A stretch of DNA of 61,751 bases, the filler included. It is 5 parts of 5 records of this genome, joined end to end, with 100 filler letters (N's around TTAATTAATTAA, not from the genome) between each part and the next. Parts side by side here need not be neighbours in the genome. Positions count along the whole stretch, not along the records: positions 43,578 to 61,751 come from SRR31156797_1214; 4 more parts are not named here. One strand, given 5' to 3'. The position numbers and the translations under genes are program-made. Below the pieces are notes generated by a model, which saw only the letters and a list, made by a program, of their open reading frames with translations, searched no databases and was not told the origin of the DNA. This document shows positions 58,801-61,751 of the stretch, piece by piece (the stretch's first letter is position 1; the number at the start of each line of letters is the position of its first letter).

Positions 58801-59863
58801 TGCAGAAAAGCAATTAGTGGAAGCAGGAATGTCACCTGTCGAAGCACGTCGTATGTCGTCATTTCGAATTTTTGGGGGTGTTAATGGCAACTATGGAACC
58901 GGTATTATGGGCATGGTTGAATCTTCGGATCGTTGGCAGGATCGTTCAGAAATTGCAGATCAGTACTTGAAAAATATGGGTGCTGTTTATGGTTTGCCAG
59001 ATAATTGGGGCGAGTACGCTGAGGGTATGTTTAAAGCCGCCTTGCAAAATACAAAAGTGGTTATTCAACCGCGTCAAAGTAATACCTGGGGTGCCTTAAG
59101 TCTTGATCATGTTTATGAGTTTATGGGAGGACTAAATGCAACCATAGCTGAAGTTACCGGAGAAGAACCAATGGCTATGTTCAATGACTTTCGTAATGCT
59201 TCCAATGCACGTGTACAGGATTTAAAAGAAGCGATATATGTGGAAGCTCGTTCAACCTTGTTGAATCCAAAATACATTAAAGAGTATATGGATGGAGGAG
59301 CTTCATCTGCTGAGAATTTTGCTGAAATTTTCAGGAACACTTTTGGATGGAATGTGATGAAACCGGATGTTATCGATGAGCAATTATGGGATAAGTTCTA
59401 CGATACTTATGTAAAAGATGAATTGAACCTGGGTGTACGCAAATTTTTTGAACGAGAAAATCCCTATGCCATGGAAGAAATGACTGCTGTTATGATGGAA
59501 AGTATTCGCAAAGGTTATTGGTCACCTTCAGAAGAGGTAGCCCAAAGAATTGCGGAAATGCATCAGGAACTTATTCGTGATCATAAGGCAGGATGTAGTG
59601 GTTTTGTTTGTGATAATGGAGCGTTGAAAGATTTTATTGCCTCCAAACTTAGCCAGCAACAGTCGCAAGAATATCAGCAAGCTATTAATAATGTCCGCGA
59701 AGCAACAGCCGAAAAGGACAATGCTTTGGTAATGGAAAAAGAGGAGCTTCAAAAAAGTGCAGAGTCGGGCGAAGGAGTCAATTATAAAGTATTGGCAATG
59801 TTGGCAGGTGTGCTTATTGTTTTGGTGTTCTTAATGATTCGAAGAAAGAACAAGAAAAAATAG
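55832..59863 (+). CDS. hmuS: CobN/Mg-chelatase-like protein HmuS (heme dechelatase by context)
   Basis: MPELDG, HFGTHGNLEFIPGK, EGMIAKRR, PTGRNL, RPRIDVVVQTSGQLRDL, LDHVYEFMGG, LLNPKYI. N- and C-terminal TM anchors. Confidence 0.85.
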   Translation: MKRNQLLFLIAVFSALLLCGWLLIKPTEVAFVNYPGHIAARIARSMDSPFIEVKAYTPEEVDDAADADVIFMWGMGISITRENLAVLKASADAGTPVYVQANTNPANNITNIKGDTLELVKTYTANGSDHNYASLLAYSRKVLHGKSFMTPEYSEPEETPSDYLFGTDPEAIFETVEEYEAYLESKGLYKPNAPNVAIICVFASPINGSRKHLDALISSIQERGANVYPLSSFRKRMKFLNEINPDLAVILPHGRIARGPAADKAIDWLKKKNIPLLAPLTVMQEEQDWLNDPKGMFGGMLSQSVTMPELDGAIVPYAIAAQKESEEGYLEYAPAGDRIEKFADIVSGYLNLKTKSNQDKKVAVYYFKGPGLNTMVASNLEVIPSLYNYLKRLKKEGYKVENLPANTDEFEKLILEKGPVLGPYAEGVFAKYLKTGNPELVGQKEYNSWTSKAIELEKYQEVVQRYGDFPGEYMAVNKGDTAAIAVTRIQFGNVVILPQPLPAVGEDTYKIAHGVDMPPTHPYLASYLWTRYGFEADAIVHFGTHGNLEFIPGKQIALSNKDWTDAIIGTLPHFYIYTIGNVGEGMIAKRRSYAVTNTYLTPPFLEGEEYGDLHDLHEKIHKYYDQEDGLYKDATEKIIRQLFYKLGMFKDLSMDSVPNKVLKLEEIIRIGNLVEEIRNEKITGGLYTLGEPYEEKDLITTSVLMTADAITYNLVKLAVLKGKEDKSLFENKVEFNHDYYNPIVKLLKEVAAGKSVSPLQSSVVKKVISDKELHDCEVIAASKPDTLPNYNQLRLVYDIKQAFAQVKQYKTALKESPEAEMQSFLNSLKGGYTAPTSGGDPVRNPTTVPTGRNLFSVNAEQTPSPEAWEAGVKLGDAMIESYRTKNNGAYPQKVSFTLWSSSFIETEGATVAEILYLLGVEPIRDKYRRIREVKLIPQAELGRPRIDVVVQTSGQLRDLAASRLFLIQEAIDLVSKAVGEENFIQQGNVDAEKQLVEAGMSPVEARRMSSFRIFGGVNGNYGTGIMGMVESSDRWQDRSEIADQYLKNMGAVYGLPDNWGEYAEGMFKAALQNTKVVIQPRQSNTWGALSLDHVYEFMGGLNATIAEVTGEEPMAMFNDFRNASNARVQDLKEAIYVEARSTLLNPKYIKEYMDGGASSAENFAEIFRNTFGWNVMKPDVIDEQLWDKFYDTYVKDELNLGVRKFFERENPYAMEEMTAVMMESIRKGYWSPSEEVAQRIAEMHQELIRDHKAGCSGFVCDNGALKDFIASKLSQQQSQEYQQAINNVREATAEKDNALVMEKEELQKSAESGEGVNYKVLAMLAGVLIVLVFLMIRRKNKKK

Positions 59864-59960
59864 AAATCAACTCGGCTCGTTTCAAAATAATCTTAAGTAT
59901 GGTTTCTTGCTTATGATCTTTTGTAACAAGTTTTTAGTATGTTAAAATAAAGAATAATAT

Positions 59961-60635
59961 ATGCAGGAATTTGCATTTCTTTTTTGCTTTATAAATCTGA
60001 TTCTACTCTCCATACAATTATCCCGGCTAAAGCGGAGATGGTTATTGGCAGTGGTAATTCCTTCGGTACTCTTGTTAGTATTACTTTTTTACCCTACGGT
60101 GATTAATCAGCGTATTAGTTCGTGGTATAGTTTAATTGCAGACAAAGTAATGTTGGGAAATCTGGCTCTCTTTTTTAGTATAGAGGCCTTGCTTGGCATT
60201 TTTATCTCGCTTCAATTATTATTTCCGGGTGGTACAAAAGAAAAACTATGGAAAGCTTTGGCTATGATACCGGGGCCATCCATACTTATTAGTTTGGCAG
60301 GAATCGAGATCATCATCTTTTTTTCAGTATATGGCTTTGATTTTATGAACCTGGCTATTATAACTGGTTTATCCATTGCTATTGTTATTGCAGCGCTGGC
60401 ATTTATTATAGCAAAAACCATATTGCCCGAACATGCCTTGGAATACCGTTTGGGTATTCATGGCTTGCAAATGGTGATAGCTATCTTGTTAAGTACAAGT
60501 TATTGGTCGGTTCCTGTTACTACAGAAAGTAAAATTGAATGGAAGCCTTTACTATTAATGGTGGTTTTGATCGGTTTTGGAGCTGTTTGTGGATATTTTA
60601 TCAAACAAATTAAAGAGAATAGAAATAAATGGTAG
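59961..60635 (+). CDS. hmuT: Multi-pass membrane protein (HmuT-like)
   Basis: About 7 TM segments, directly downstream of hmuS as in hmu operons. Confidence 0.65.
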   Translation: MQEFAFLFCFINLILLSIQLSRLKRRWLLAVVIPSVLLLVLLFYPTVINQRISSWYSLIADKVMLGNLALFFSIEALLGIFISLQLLFPGGTKEKLWKALAMIPGPSILISLAGIEIIIFFSVYGFDFMNLAIITGLSIAIVIAALAFIIAKTILPEHALEYRLGIHGLQMVIAILLSTSYWSVPVTTESKIEWKPLLLMVVLIGFGAVCGYFIKQIKENRNKW

Positions 60636-60673
60636 AACGACGACCTCGTTGTATCATAAAAAGAATTTATAAT

Positions 60674-61258
60674 ATGGAATGGTTTAGTAAAGTGCTTTAT
60701 TGGTTATCTACAGGATTAATGATTCCTGTAATGGTGTTGTTAATAATATTTTTTGTACGATCTCTAATCATGATGGGATCTCTTTGGGGAATATATTCTA
60801 TCCGAAAATCAGTCAATAATAAATCGGATTTAGATACTAATAATTTAAATCAGGATAATTTAGGAGAAGCAATTAAAGAATTACCTAACAAAGGTTCTCT
60901 GGCTAAAGCTTTAAAAAATATAGGAGGTAAAAACACTTCAGTTCCACATATGGAACAATTTATTGCAGATTTTGAGCAAGAGCTTCAAATGGATTTGGAT
61001 AGAGTGAATAGCTTAGCTAAGCTAGGACCAATGCTCGGGTTAATGGGAACATTAATTCCTATGGGGCCTGCTTTATTAGGTTTGGCGGCTGGAGATATTG
61101 CTACGATGGCGCAAAACCTACAGGTGGCTTTTTCTACCACAGTAATCGGTCTGTTTATTGGAGGAATAGGATATTTTGTAAAACAGGTAAAACAGCGATG
61201 GTATACTGGAGATGTGAATAAATTAGAGTTTGTGGCTGCATTGTTTAAGGAAAGTTAA
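60674..61258 (+). CDS. hmuU: MotA/TolQ/ExbB-family protein (HmuU-like)
   Basis: GPMLGLMGTLIPMGPAL..LA.GD..MA.NLQVAFSTTV.GL. Start placed at ATG 60674. Confidence 0.88.
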   Translation: MEWFSKVLYWLSTGLMIPVMVLLIIFFVRSLIMMGSLWGIYSIRKSVNNKSDLDTNNLNQDNLGEAIKELPNKGSLAKALKNIGGKNTSVPHMEQFIADFEQELQMDLDRVNSLAKLGPMLGLMGTLIPMGPALLGLAAGDIATMAQNLQVAFSTTVIGLFIGGIGYFVKQVKQRWYTGDVNKLEFVAALFKES

Positions 61259-61590
61259 TGAATATGCGAAAAAGAAAAGTACGTTTTGCAGGAGGAGATG
61301 AGGATCCGATGGCTTTGGTTGGAAATCTGTTCGATGTAGCCATGGTATTTGCGGTCGCATTAATGGTAGCCTTGGTGAGTCGATATAACCTAACAGAGAT
61401 ATTCTCTCAGGATGATTTTACTATGGTAAAAAATCCGGGAACACAACAAATGGAAATTATAACAAAAGAAGATGGAAAGGTAATCAAATACCGACCTTCC
61501 GAGAATAAAAAAAACACTGGATCAAAAGGTCGTAAAGTTGGGGTTGCCTACGAGCTGGAGAACGGTGAGATTATTTACATTCCGGAGTAA
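61258..61590 (+). CDS. hmuV: DUF2149 protein (HmuV-like)
   Basis: DPM..V.NLFDVAMVFAVAL, KNPG..MEII.K.G, G.AY.L.NG.IIYIPE. Confidence 0.88.
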   Translation: MNMRKRKVRFAGGDEDPMALVGNLFDVAMVFAVALMVALVSRYNLTEIFSQDDFTMVKNPGTQQMEIITKEDGKVIKYRPSENKKNTGSKGRKVGVAYELENGEIIYIPE

Positions 61591-61653
61591 TTTTCTTGAT
61601 TAAGTATTTTTATACCTGTTTGGTAAGTAGATACTAGTTTTCAACTTTTTACA

Positions 61654-61710
61654 AAGGGCATGGTGATAAGTTTTTGATTTATTCTTAACTTATTGCTATG
61701 CCCTTTTTTT
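61654..61710 (+). terminator. Long hairpin terminator after hmuV
   Basis: AAAGGGCATGGTGATAAGTT...AACTTATTGCTATGCCCTTT (with G-U pairs) ending in a T-run. Confidence 0.7.
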
Positions 61711-61751
61711 GTTTAACCCGAATTATGTATTAAAGATTCGTTATGAGTATT

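Noticed and set aside
999-60421. Many 60-180 aa ORFs antisense to or nested in the called genes
   Set aside because: They are shadow ORFs of well-supported genes, with no recognisable motifs.

Overview
This window is not one locus. It is five unrelated contigs joined by 100-nt N spacers, each carrying the six-frame stop linker TTAATTAATTAA (8169-8268, 17653-17752, 32651-32750, 43478-43577), so gene context cannot be read across the linkers. Contig 1 (1-8168, AT-rich bacterium): a 5'-truncated HipA kinase, an O-methyltransferase, a PAS/sigma54 activator divergent from a sigma54-promoted trx-trx-small Cys protein operon, MoxR, cysS, and a YhcG/DUF1016 nuclease whose gene contains two co-varying 25-bp palindromes. 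Contig 2 (8269-17652, Desulfobacterota-like by inference): a hybrid sensor kinase, a THEP1 NTPase, a translationally coupled operon of rtcA, an archaeal FAU-1-like (DUF402) gene and an M28 peptidase, and a sigma54-promoted MotB-plug protein with a long 35-aa-repeat coiled coil. Contig 3 (17753-32650, FCB-group-like): an ordinary dcw cluster from mraZ to ftsA. Contig 4 (32751-43477, Bacteroidota): housekeeping genes around a candidate oriC near mnmG. Contig 5 (43578-61751, Bacteroidota): a YfiR plus TonB-receptor pair, a cytochrome c/PQQ dehydrogenase, TonB receptors, and a divergently split hmu heme-utilisation locus. The best candidates for undescribed biology are the RtcA + FAU-1-like RNA-end-processing operon, the intragenic palindromes of the YhcG gene, and the MotB-plug coiled-coil protein. 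All family calls come from motif recognition by eye; no database searches were run.
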